A DNA stretch of 52,015 nucleotides from Candidatus Kuenenia stuttgartensis (GTDB taxonomy: Bacteria; Planctomycetota; Planctomycetia; Pirellulales; UBA1268), in the NCBI GenBank assembly GCA_945890755.1, contig CAMDDA010000003.1:1-52015 (forward strand). The letters are read 5' to 3'. A program made the position numbers and the translations under genes. This document shows, piece by piece, positions 18,044 through 26,981 of this stretch. The notes under the pieces are model-generated. The model made no database searches. It was not told the DNA's origin and saw nothing but the letters and a program-made list of their open reading frames with translations. Positions within the stretch are counted from its first letter, which is position 1. Each line of letters opens with the position of its first letter.

Positions 18044-19598
18044 AATCCGCTTCCGGTATGGTGGTGAGTCCCGGACTCGCCGTCGCGGATCGTGCAGGTA
18101 CCCGTTCAGGAATCCAGCAAAATACATCACAGTGGAGACCGGCCGGCCGGTATCTCCGGCGCAAGGCGTCACCGAGCTGCCCAACTGGGGAACTGCTGGA
18201 AAGAAACCGATCAGCAATTCCCGGATAAATCACGATGAGGTCGTAGTAAGCACGATCGACCGAAGCGACGAGCGGGCGGATGTCGAGAGACGAGGACTCG
18301 TAAAGCAGTAGCTGTCCGAAAGGATCGGAGAGGCTGACCTCCCCGGGCAGCTCAGCCGTTAGGCTCGCCCAGGCCAGATTAAGGACCGCAGGATTATCGC
18401 CGGCTAGTTGGTCTATTGCCGCGCTTCGACGTACGACCAGGTCGCCCCCCTCCTTGTTAACGGGAAGGTGACAAAGATTGTATGCGGACGGGTTCGCTCC
18501 CGCAGTATCCCAGATACCACAACCAACTATGAGCATTAGCGCTACTAAACCCCTGAAGCTGGGCCAGCTGACCGCGGGTAGAGCCCCGTAACGATTCGCA
18601 AGAGTCATTGCCAAGCCCAAGGCCGGCTCAAGAAGGTAATTGGTGCTGGAACCCTCCTTGCCGACAGTGAGCAACGCAACAATGGTCGCGCACAAAGCGT
18701 AGAGAGTGGGTAGACGGTTCTGGCCGGCGAATGCCGCCAGTGACTGAGTGCGGGCAGGTGCAAGCGGAAGGCAGACCAGACCGATGAACACGACAAATAA
18801 TGGCTGGCAAAGTCCCGCCAGCAAGACGCTGATCGCCGTCTCCACGCTGACAGTGTTCACCGAGAAACTGCTGACGGCTACCCACATCCCACCGCCATAC
18901 GCTGCCGTTGTAGCCAGGCTGATGCCTGCGGCGGTCGCAAGTACTGCGGCCAAGTATTCAACTGTACGACGACGATCCAACATGCAGAGAAACAGAAATC
19001 CAGCGAGGCTAGCTGATATGTAGGATTGCTTCGCGGCCATCGCCATGATGGCCAGGAAACCAGCTGCGACAACTCCTGTAGGTTGTGGGCGGCGCTGCAA
19101 GATCGCAATCGATGCTGCCGAAAAAGCCAGAGCCATGCTGTCGCATTTGACGAACGCCGTATTCGTCGACACGGGCCACAACATAAAGAAACTCGCACAC
19201 GCCAGAACCGACCACGGACTCGTATGGCGACGGACTGCCAGGATGCAGCAACCGGCGGCGAGCATAAAGCACAGTGATACTATTCTGCCGGTGAAGAATA
19301 CATTTCTGCCCAGTGGAAGAAAGGAAACGAGCCACGGGTAGAGGGGCGGATAAAACGTTATAGTGAATGGAATGTTGTTATAGACATCTGCAGCATAGGG
19401 GTTGGTTCCGGTCGCGAAGAGCTGAATGGAGCGTATCTGGGGCCCCTCGTAGCTCAGGTCATAGTTTGCGGCGAGGTGATCTCCGGCGACCGTTACGATC
19501 CGCCAAGCCGCGAGCAATGTCATCAAGACGGTGGCCGTGACCGTAAGTCGTCTATAGGACAAGGCCGAAAAGGGAAATGAATCAGACGGCGTGATCAT
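18036..19598 (-). CDS. polytopic membrane protein, family B (putative GT-C), lower GC
   Basis: D-x-x-YEG loop, FYPPLY, GR-x-VS, D-x-x-ALA and KQ motifs resembling ArnT/PMT_2-like proteins; visibly AT-richer codons. Confidence 0.6.
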   Translation of the reverse strand: MITPSDSFPFSALSYRRLTVTATVLMTLLAAWRIVTVAGDHLAANYDLSYEGPQIRSIQLFATGTNPYAADVYNNIPFTITFYPPLYPWLVSFLPLGRNVFFTGRIVSLCFMLAAGCCILAVRRHTSPWSVLACASFFMLWPVSTNTAFVKCDSMALAFSAASIAILQRRPQPTGVVAAGFLAIMAMAAKQSYISASLAGFLFLCMLDRRRTVEYLAAVLATAAGISLATTAAYGGGMWVAVSSFSVNTVSVETAISVLLAGLCQPLFVVFIGLVCLPLAPARTQSLAAFAGQNRLPTLYALCATIVALLTVGKEGSSTNYLLEPALGLAMTLANRYGALPAVSWPSFRGLVALMLIVGCGIWDTAGANPSAYNLCHLPVNKEGGDLVVRRSAAIDQLAGDNPAVLNLAWASLTAELPGEVSLSDPFGQLLLYESSSLDIRPLVASVDRAYYDLIVIYPGIADRFLSSSSPVGQLGDALRRRYRPAGLHCDVFCWIPERVPARSATASPGLTTIPEADCD

Positions 19599-21229
19599 CG
19601 TGGCCCCCGGAGGGCCGCTGGTCTCCGCAGGGCGGCCAGGCGGTCGTTTTCGCAGATGATCTCCCAGCCGCTGAAGTCGATCGGGTAGTCGCGGCGCTTC
19701 GAGAGGATCACGACGTCGATCACCTCAAGCGACGGGTCTTCGAGGCCAGTCTTGATCCAGCGCGACGTCGTCTTGATCCGCGATTCGCGATCGGGGCAGA
19801 GAAAGATGTGGCCGACGTAGGGGTCGAGCCGGGTGTAGGTGCCGAGCAGATAATTGTCGTCGAGCGCCTCGCCGCTCAGGACCAGGCCGACACCCCGCTC
19901 GTCGCGGTTGTCGAGTCGCCGGAACAGATCGAAGACGGCCGTGGTGGTGCGAAGTTCATCGGCGTTGCGGAGATTCATCCGGACAAGCCAGGTGGCGTTG
20001 TCCACGAGCCAGAGCATCGCGCAGGCTGTGAGGATCGCCACTGCCGCTGGCCGCGGCAGGCCGTCCACGATGCGGGCAGCGAGCCGCTGGACGAGCGGCA
20101 GCCCGAGCAGCAGCAGCGGCATCCAGACATAGCCGCGGGTGAAGTGCAGCGGCTGCTTGGGCGGCAAGAAAAGCTCGTGCTTGATCAGAAACAGCGACAC
20201 CACCGCGGCGACCAGAAAAAACGTCATCTCCGGCCGCCACCGGCGGCGGTCGAGCCAGCAGCGGGCCGCGGCGAACGAGGCCACCGGCAGATAGGCCGTG
20301 AGAAAAGAGCCCCAGGGCACGATCCACTCGAGCGACCAGATCGAGTGAATTGCGCGGTGCGATTCGAATTGCGGCAGGAACGCAAAGTAGTAGCCACAAA
20401 ACGCCGCAGTCGCTGTGGCCGTCGCAAGCCACGGCCCGAAAAAGCGGCGATCGAACGCCAGCCGCACCGTGAGCCAGAGGCCGAGGATCGCCAGATGCTG
20501 CGCGCCCGAGAAGGGATGCGTAGCGGCAAGCGCCGCGATCAAGCCGACCGCCTGCCATGGCCGGCCCTGCACCGCCCCGAGCCAGGCCCAGACGACGAGC
20601 ACGTGGTAGGTCGCTTCGGTCGTGAAGAGCGAGTTCCGGCCCCACGAGAGGAACCACCAGCCCTCGAACGGATCGTAGCGAAACAACTGATACCAGAGCG
20701 GATATTCGAGGAACCAATTCGAGACGAAGGCCGTGAGCACGAACAGTCCGCCTCCCCACATGGCAAGCAGAAAGAGCCCGGGCAGGAACCGGGGCTCGGG
20801 AAGGATCGCCTCCACCAGTCGGAACGTGCCGAAGGCGAATGCCATGCCGGCCACCACGCCGATGGCGAGAAACCAGCCCCCCGGATCGATCCCGAGCACG
20901 GACACGCCGAGGCCAAACAGCCACGGCAGCCAGTGATAGTAGATCACCGGCGCAGCGGGGGAGGTGTCGTAGGGATTCGAGTAGCCGAGGCCGTTGCCCC
21001 GCTCGAAGATCTCTCGGCCATTGGCAACGTAGTAGGCGAGGTCATAGCAAATGAACCCGGTGCCGAGATGCTGCCCGCGGACGAACTGCGCCACGAAGAG
21101 CGACCAGAACGGCAGGAGCGAGACGAACGACCAAAGCAGAACTCGCAGCCACGGAGTCGGCGACGGACGGGAGCCTGACTCGGGCCATTCGGCCGCGGGA
21201 GCTGCGACGATGCTGGGCCATGGTGTCAC
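19595..21229 (-). CDS. polytopic membrane protein, family A copy 2 (putative GT-C)
   Basis: Near-identical motifs to 16355..18043: ANGREIFERGNG, PVIY-x-HWLPWL, WGRN, TEATYH, THPFSG, KHELFLP, QPLHFTRGY. Confidence 0.65.
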   Translation of the reverse strand: MTPWPSIVAAPAAEWPESGSRPSPTPWLRVLLWSFVSLLPFWSLFVAQFVRGQHLGTGFICYDLAYYVANGREIFERGNGLGYSNPYDTSPAAPVIYYHWLPWLFGLGVSVLGIDPGGWFLAIGVVAGMAFAFGTFRLVEAILPEPRFLPGLFLLAMWGGGLFVLTAFVSNWFLEYPLWYQLFRYDPFEGWWFLSWGRNSLFTTEATYHVLVVWAWLGAVQGRPWQAVGLIAALAATHPFSGAQHLAILGLWLTVRLAFDRRFFGPWLATATATAAFCGYYFAFLPQFESHRAIHSIWSLEWIVPWGSFLTAYLPVASFAAARCWLDRRRWRPEMTFFLVAAVVSLFLIKHELFLPPKQPLHFTRGYVWMPLLLLGLPLVQRLAARIVDGLPRPAAVAILTACAMLWLVDNATWLVRMNLRNADELRTTTAVFDLFRRLDNRDERGVGLVLSGEALDDNYLLGTYTRLDPYVGHIFLCPDRESRIKTTSRWIKTGLEDPSLEVIDVVILSKRRDYPIDFSGWEIICENDRLAALRRPAALRGPR

Positions 21230-22734
21230 GGGGCGATTTCCTCCGTGACGATCGCCGGCCCCCCCGGCACTCGGGAGAGCGTCCAGTTGCCGAGATCGAT
21301 CGCTTCGAGCGGCGCGGGCAGGAGTTTCTCCGCGATGCCCCAGGTGCTGCCCTGATTGGAGACGGCGATCGCGTTGAATCGCGGGGGCAGATGCTCGCGA
21401 CTCGCTACGTGTGACACCGGCCTGCCGACGAGGCTACGGACATACAGCCCGTCTTCCACCTGGTAGAGCCGGCCCTCGGAAAACACCGTGACGAGCGGAT
21501 TCCATGGAAACCAGATCTGGCCGGGAAACTGTCGAGAGATGTCGCGGGCGTCATCGTAGGCAACGATCAGCGGCTGCCAGATTCCCACCGGCCGTGTGAC
21601 GATGCGGCCGGCGAGAACCCCGATCGCGGCGATGGCCAGAGCAACCCGGATTGCCCGGCCACGGGGCAAACGGGAGAACGTGGCGGTCACGACGACCGCA
21701 GCCGGCGGCAGCCAGAGGGGAAAGCCCTGGAGGTTATTGAGCGTGCCGCCAATCTTGAAGGCCGAGGCGACGCCCGGCAGCCACGCCGCAGCCCACACCA
21801 GCGTCGGCAGCAAGAGATCGCCTGCGGCCTGCCGCCGCATGAGCCAGAGCCAGACCGCGACGGGAACCGCGAGATGCACCGCGAAGTGGGGCGCGAGGTC
21901 CATGAACCGCTCGAGGATATCGTTGGCCCACGGCAGGCCTGCTGGCGTGAGGATCGCCGTGAACCACGTGCCGCGGAGGTCGGTGGCGGCGAGGAGCACC
22001 GCGAGCCAGCCGCAGCCTGTGAGGGCAAGCCTGCCCACATGCTGAAGCGACGGGAGCGTGCCGGCGGTGGCCGCGAGCCAGGCCACCTGCCCCAACGGCA
22101 CGCCGAGCGACGTCTGCTTGCACATGAGCCCCGCGGTGGCCAGAGCCGCCGCCCCCCACGCCGCGGCCTCGCCGCGGCCGCGGGCGAGCACGAGGCTTGA
22201 TAACAGGCCGCATGCCAAGGCGTAGTTGTCGGCCTGCAGAAACTGCCAGTTGGCCCATGGCCAGATCGCGATCGTGACGGCGGCGGCCAGCAGCCGGCCG
22301 CCGAACGAGATCGGGCCCGAGCGAGGCGTAGGCCAGGCGAGGCAGACGGCAAAAATCGCGGCGACTTGGAATGCCATGTTCATGCCGCCCGCCAAGAACA
22401 GAGCCTCCCCAGGCCCCGGCATCCAGGTGGCCGGCCAGTTGAGCCAGACCGGAAGCGGGCCATACATCCACGTGCTCGCCGCCCCGTCGGCGCCGGGATA
22501 GAGCGGGAGCCCGAGTTTTAGGGCAAACGTGGGCGCGAGGCGGATGTCGTTCCAACTCCGCAGGGGGAAGATGCACCACGAGAGCCAGAGCCACGTGAGC
22601 GCCGCCGCGAGCGCGGCTGCAATCAGGGCACGTTCGAGCCATGAGAGGCCTGCTGGCGTCGTCGGCCGCGACGTCGGCTCAGCAGGCGCAGCGTCGGAAA
22701 GGGTGACCGAAATAGCGTCGTTCATGCCGCTCAT
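21226..22734 (-). CDS. polytopic membrane protein, family B-like (putative GT-C)
   Basis: SWNDIRLAP loop, MYGPLP-x-WL, ADNYALA, CKQ; layout similar to 18036..19598. Confidence 0.55.
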   Translation of the reverse strand: MSGMNDAISVTLSDAAPAEPTSRPTTPAGLSWLERALIAAALAAALTWLWLSWCIFPLRSWNDIRLAPTFALKLGLPLYPGADGAASTWMYGPLPVWLNWPATWMPGPGEALFLAGGMNMAFQVAAIFAVCLAWPTPRSGPISFGGRLLAAAVTIAIWPWANWQFLQADNYALACGLLSSLVLARGRGEAAAWGAAALATAGLMCKQTSLGVPLGQVAWLAATAGTLPSLQHVGRLALTGCGWLAVLLAATDLRGTWFTAILTPAGLPWANDILERFMDLAPHFAVHLAVPVAVWLWLMRRQAAGDLLLPTLVWAAAWLPGVASAFKIGGTLNNLQGFPLWLPPAAVVVTATFSRLPRGRAIRVALAIAAIGVLAGRIVTRPVGIWQPLIVAYDDARDISRQFPGQIWFPWNPLVTVFSEGRLYQVEDGLYVRSLVGRPVSHVASREHLPPRFNAIAVSNQGSTWGIAEKLLPAPLEAIDLGNWTLSRVPGGPAIVTEEIAP

Positions 22735-22740
22735 TCTGCC

Positions 22741-24702
22741 TCACCGGCTCCCGGCACCAAGCCGTTCAAGATTCGCGGCCGCCTGCGGATGCCCGGGGGC
22801 AAGCTCGAGGCAGCGACGGTAGGCGTTCATGGCGTCAGCATGACGGCCGAGTATGAGAAATGCGTTGCCAAGATTGTTGTGGGCGTCGGGATTGTTCGGA
22901 TCGAGGGCGATGGCGCGGCCGAGGATTTCGAGCGCCGCCGCGGGGTCGAACCGGGCGACCACCGAGCCGAGGTTGAAGACCACATAGGGGTCGTCGGGCG
23001 CCGCGGCGGCGATCTGCGACCAGAGCACGGCCGCGGCCTCCGGGTCGGTCCGCATGACCGCCCGCGCCAGATGCTCCTTGGCGGCGAGCGAGTCAGGGAG
23101 CCGCTCGACGGCCGTGCGGAGCAGGGGCTCGCCCCGCGGGTCTCCAAGCCGATCGAGGGCGAGGCCGAGGTACATGCCCAGCCGGTCGATGACGGGATCG
23201 CGAAACCCCGCTTGCCCGTCACGCGCAGTGTCCAGGCCGGCCCGGCAGGCGTCTGCCGCCCGCGCGGGCTCATCGGCGTTGAGCAGGGCGGCGGCCAGCG
23301 CCGCATACGGCACGGGATTGACAGGGTTGCGCTCGACGGCGGCCGTGCAGGCGGCAATTGATTCCTGATGGCGATCGAGCTTCGAGAGCTCGGTGCCGTA
23401 GCGGGAGAGCGAGCGGGAACTGCCGCCGCTCTTCACGACGGCGTCGTGCCAGGCGGCGAGCGGTGAGCGGTAGACGGTATTGCGGGCTGCAGTCAACGTG
23501 GCCAGGACGACGGCCGCCGTGGCCGCGACGGGCAGCAACATCTGCGTGTGGCTTGCAACCAACGCCACCGCTGCGGTGATCGGAATCGCCGCGGCCAGAT
23601 ACATCCGATGCTCCACGCAGACGTCCTGCACGGGCAGGAGGCTCGACGTGGGGGCGAGCAGAAGCAGGAACGCCAGGATCGAAAATGCGGCAGCCGGCCG
23701 CCGTGGCAGCGCGACCGCGGCCCAGCCGACGAGGGCCAGCGCGGCGCAAGCAAGTAGCAGCAGCCAGGCGTCGCCGCCCAAGACATCCTGCCGGAGCACG
23801 GCGCCATGATCGATCGAAAGCCCCACCGGAATCACCAGCCGTGACAGATACCAGAGGATCACCACTGGTTGGTTGGCCGCATAGACGAGCGACTGCCAGG
23901 GGGAAAAGCCCGCCTCGGGGTAGCGGTGCCGCTCGATGGCCACGACGGCGAATAGGATCGGCCAGGTGGCGAAGAGGGCGAGGTGCCAGCCGCCGCGTTG
24001 GGCGATGACCTCGCGGAACGACGCGGCCAGAAACGCCCGGTCGAGGAGCAGGATCACGATCGGCACGACCACGACCCACTCCTTGCAGGCCATGCCGAGT
24101 CCGCAGGCCAGGACGGCCGCGGCGACCCAGGGCAGTGGACGCGGGGATGCAGTGGCCTTCAGGAACGCAGCGGCGGTGGCCAGCGCGGAACAGGCCGCGA
24201 GTAGTTCGATCCGCTGGTAGACATAGCTCACGGCCTGCGACTGGAGCGGATGTACGAGCCAGAGGGCAGCCGCGATCGCCGCAAGTGTCGCAGGTGAAAG
24301 GGAGCCGATACGGTCAGGCCGGCGGCGGGCCAGGAGCATGCTCACGACGTGATATAGCAGCCAGCCGTTGAGGAGGTGAATTGCCACGTTGACCAGGTGA
24401 AACGGCAGCGGATCGAGCGGCGCCGTGCCGACGACCGCCGCGAGCGCTCGGCCGAATGCATGGTTGGCGGCGAACGAGAGATAGGGAATCGGCCGATGCG
24501 GCAGCTCACCCCCCTCGAACATCGGCCGCCAGAGCGGCAGGAGCGTGCGGATCGCGGGGTTGTCTACGATCTCGGAGAGGTCGTCGAAGAGGAACGGGCC
24601 ACGCATGCTCGGGGCGTAGGCGGCGACCGCCGCCACGGCGGCGACCGCGAGAATCATCCGCGGGTGGCGGGTCAGCCACACCTGCACGTCGCTCGCGGTC
24701 AT
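22741..24702 (-). CDS. TMTC-like GT-C glycosyltransferase with C-terminal TPRs
   Basis: FLFDD, HRPIPYLSFAAN, FHLVNVAIHLLN, LVHPLQSQAVSYVYQRIE, KE, VEHRMYL; TPRs ending DPNNPDAHNNLG. Confidence 0.85.
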   Translation of the reverse strand: MTASDVQVWLTRHPRMILAVAAVAAVAAYAPSMRGPFLFDDLSEIVDNPAIRTLLPLWRPMFEGGELPHRPIPYLSFAANHAFGRALAAVVGTAPLDPLPFHLVNVAIHLLNGWLLYHVVSMLLARRRPDRIGSLSPATLAAIAAALWLVHPLQSQAVSYVYQRIELLAACSALATAAAFLKATASPRPLPWVAAAVLACGLGMACKEWVVVVPIVILLLDRAFLAASFREVIAQRGGWHLALFATWPILFAVVAIERHRYPEAGFSPWQSLVYAANQPVVILWYLSRLVIPVGLSIDHGAVLRQDVLGGDAWLLLLACAALALVGWAAVALPRRPAAAFSILAFLLLLAPTSSLLPVQDVCVEHRMYLAAAIPITAAVALVASHTQMLLPVAATAAVVLATLTAARNTVYRSPLAAWHDAVVKSGGSSRSLSRYGTELSKLDRHQESIAACTAAVERNPVNPVPYAALAAALLNADEPARAADACRAGLDTARDGQAGFRDPVIDRLGMYLGLALDRLGDPRGEPLLRTAVERLPDSLAAKEHLARAVMRTDPEAAAVLWSQIAAAAPDDPYVVFNLGSVVARFDPAAALEILGRAIALDPNNPDAHNNLGNAFLILGRHADAMNAYRRCLELAPGHPQAAANLERLGAGSR

Positions 24703-26981
24703 CGCTCAGGCTCCGCTGCGTTCAGCCGGGCCTGGAGCCGGTCGCGACGCCGCTCCGCGCGCGTCGCCCGCTCGGGGTCGCCGAGGGTTTCCCAGGCGAC
24801 AGCGAGGCCGTCCCAGGCCCGCGGGTCACCGGAATAGAGCCTCGTCGCCGACTGAAAGACTGCGAGGGCTTCATGAGGCTCGTCGTCATTGAGATGCCGC
24901 CGGCCCTGCCTGACAAGTTCGTCGGCCGTGCCGTAGCGCTCCCGCTCGAACCACGATTGCGCGGCGAGTTCCGCGGGCGGGCCGTGCAAGGCCTGCTCGA
25001 TGTCGGTGGCGGTGAGCCGGAACACGAGGATCGAGCCGCCAATCACAGCCTCCGGCGCGTGATGCCGCAGGAACGCCTTGAGCCGCCCGGCCTGGAGGAT
25101 GTTGAAGGCGGCGACGGCGAGGGCATGGTCGGACGGCGGCTCACCGAGCGACAGGACGCCCAGTTCGTCGCGATCGCGGGTGAGGGAGGCGAGCAGTTGC
25201 CGCGCCGCCGCGTCGTCCGCGTCGCGGTCGTGCTTCGCAAGCCATGCGCCTGCCAGGCGGTAGGCATCTTCGAACGTGCGGCACCACGGGCCGCGCGGGC
25301 GATCGGCCACGCCCTCGAGCGCCGTCGCACTCACGCAATACAGCCCCGGCCGCAACGACTGCCGAACGCCCCACTCCGGCGGCAGGCCGAGCAGCTCGAA
25401 ATCGGTGAGCGTGGTGTCGGGCCGCACGCCGCCGAAATAAGTGACATACATCGGTTCGCCCGGCCGTCGGTTGCGATCGAGCCACCGCGCGAGCCTGTCG
25501 AGATCCTGGCCCCAGTCGAGGCTCGAATCGACGAGCCACTCGTGGGCCCGACCGCGCGGCACGATCTGGTTGAAATAGGCGAGCGGGAACGGCCAATGGC
25601 TCATGACATCCGCGGCATGCAGGCCGAGGAGGAGCACGATGAAGGCTTTCAGCCGGCGGGATGTCGCCGCCCGCCATACGCTGCCCGCGAGGATCATGAG
25701 CGGTGGATACGACGGGAGAAGGTGCCGCTCGCCGATGTTCAGATGGCTCGTCAGAAAGATTGGCCAGAGCACGGCAAGCATGATCACGAGCGGCACCGAG
25801 CCCCACGTCTCACCACGCAGCGGCAGCCGGGCCCGCAGACCGGCGGCGATCGCTGCCACCTGCCGCATGAGGCCCCAGCCGCAGAGGCCGAGTGCGGGCA
25901 GCGTGTTTTTAATCGCGAGACAGAGCGGAAAAAACCACCACCATCCGAATACGGAATGCTCGCCGATCGCAAATGCATAGCGATGGCTGCTGCGGGCAGC
26001 GACGTAGCTCATGCCCCAGAGCCAGGCCTCGGGCAGCAATCGCAGACTGCCAAGCCACTCGCAGATCAGGCCGATGCCCCCCGCGTAGCCGATGCATTCG
26101 GTGAGCGTGTCGAACCAGTAATAGTTGAGCTCTGCATCGTTGCCCGGCACTGGCAGATAGCGAAACCCGCACGATGCCCAAATGCAGCAGGCACCCGCAG
26201 CCAGCGGAATCGCGAGGCTTACCATGGCGACCCATGCTCGGGCCTTCAGGCTGGTCGCCGTCGTGGACCAGTGACCAAGCCGAACCGGCAGCGGCCTGCC
26301 CGCGACGAGCACCACGATGAAAAAAGCGATAGCGATCGGTGCGAGCATGACGCTCGAGTGCTTCGCGATCGCCGCGAGTCCGACCGCGGCGGCTGCGGCG
26401 GCCAGCGTGCGGCCGCTCACCCGATTCAGCAGCCCCCAGAGCGACCATGCGCCGAGCGTGAAAAAGAGAGCGCCGCAGACGTCGCTCGTGGTCAGCGGGC
26501 CGTGGGCCACGACCGCCGGCCAGAACGCCGCGAGTGCGAGCGACACGATCCCGCCCCCGAAGCCGAACAGTGACTGCGACCACAGGAACACGACGAGACA
26601 GAGGGCGAGGGACCACGCAACGGAGCCGAGGCGAGCCACCGCCATGACCAGGTTCGGCGAGATGTCGGAGCGGTAGAGCAGCCCACGACCGATCCGCATG
26701 GCGTCGGCAGCCTGCCAGGCGGCGGCATCCTCAGGGAGCCGTGGGTTCAAGAAAAGCACCGGCACCGCACACCACCGCTGGGGCAGGTTGCCGTTTTCGG
26801 GCTGGAAGCGATAGTCGCCCGATCGCCAGTAGGTCAGCCCGGAGGCGATGTGCAGAATCTCGTCATAGGTGGCGGTGGCATCAAGCGTGGCGGTGAAGGC
26901 AAGAGCCAGATGCGCGGCTAGCAGCGATACCACGATCAGGAGTTCATGGAGCCGGCGGCGACGCGGGCCGATCGCGATCAT
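24699..26981 (-). CDS. PMT/ArnT-like (PMT_2) GT-C glycosyltransferase with C-terminal TPR
   Basis: ATYDE-x-x-H loop, PENGNLPQRW, HGPLTTSD, AKHS, LNIGERHLLP, LAYFN, DSSLDWGQDL. Confidence 0.8.
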   Translation of the reverse strand: MIAIGPRRRRLHELLIVVSLLAAHLALAFTATLDATATYDEILHIASGLTYWRSGDYRFQPENGNLPQRWCAVPVLFLNPRLPEDAAAWQAADAMRIGRGLLYRSDISPNLVMAVARLGSVAWSLALCLVVFLWSQSLFGFGGGIVSLALAAFWPAVVAHGPLTTSDVCGALFFTLGAWSLWGLLNRVSGRTLAAAAAAVGLAAIAKHSSVMLAPIAIAFFIVVLVAGRPLPVRLGHWSTTATSLKARAWVAMVSLAIPLAAGACCIWASCGFRYLPVPGNDAELNYYWFDTLTECIGYAGGIGLICEWLGSLRLLPEAWLWGMSYVAARSSHRYAFAIGEHSVFGWWWFFPLCLAIKNTLPALGLCGWGLMRQVAAIAAGLRARLPLRGETWGSVPLVIMLAVLWPIFLTSHLNIGERHLLPSYPPLMILAGSVWRAATSRRLKAFIVLLLGLHAADVMSHWPFPLAYFNQIVPRGRAHEWLVDSSLDWGQDLDRLARWLDRNRRPGEPMYVTYFGGVRPDTTLTDFELLGLPPEWGVRQSLRPGLYCVSATALEGVADRPRGPWCRTFEDAYRLAGAWLAKHDRDADDAAARQLLASLTRDRDELGVLSLGEPPSDHALAVAAFNILQAGRLKAFLRHHAPEAVIGGSILVFRLTATDIEQALHGPPAELAAQSWFERERYGTADELVRQGRRHLNDDEPHEALAVFQSATRLYSGDPRAWDGLAVAWETLGDPERATRAERRRDRLQARLNAAEPER

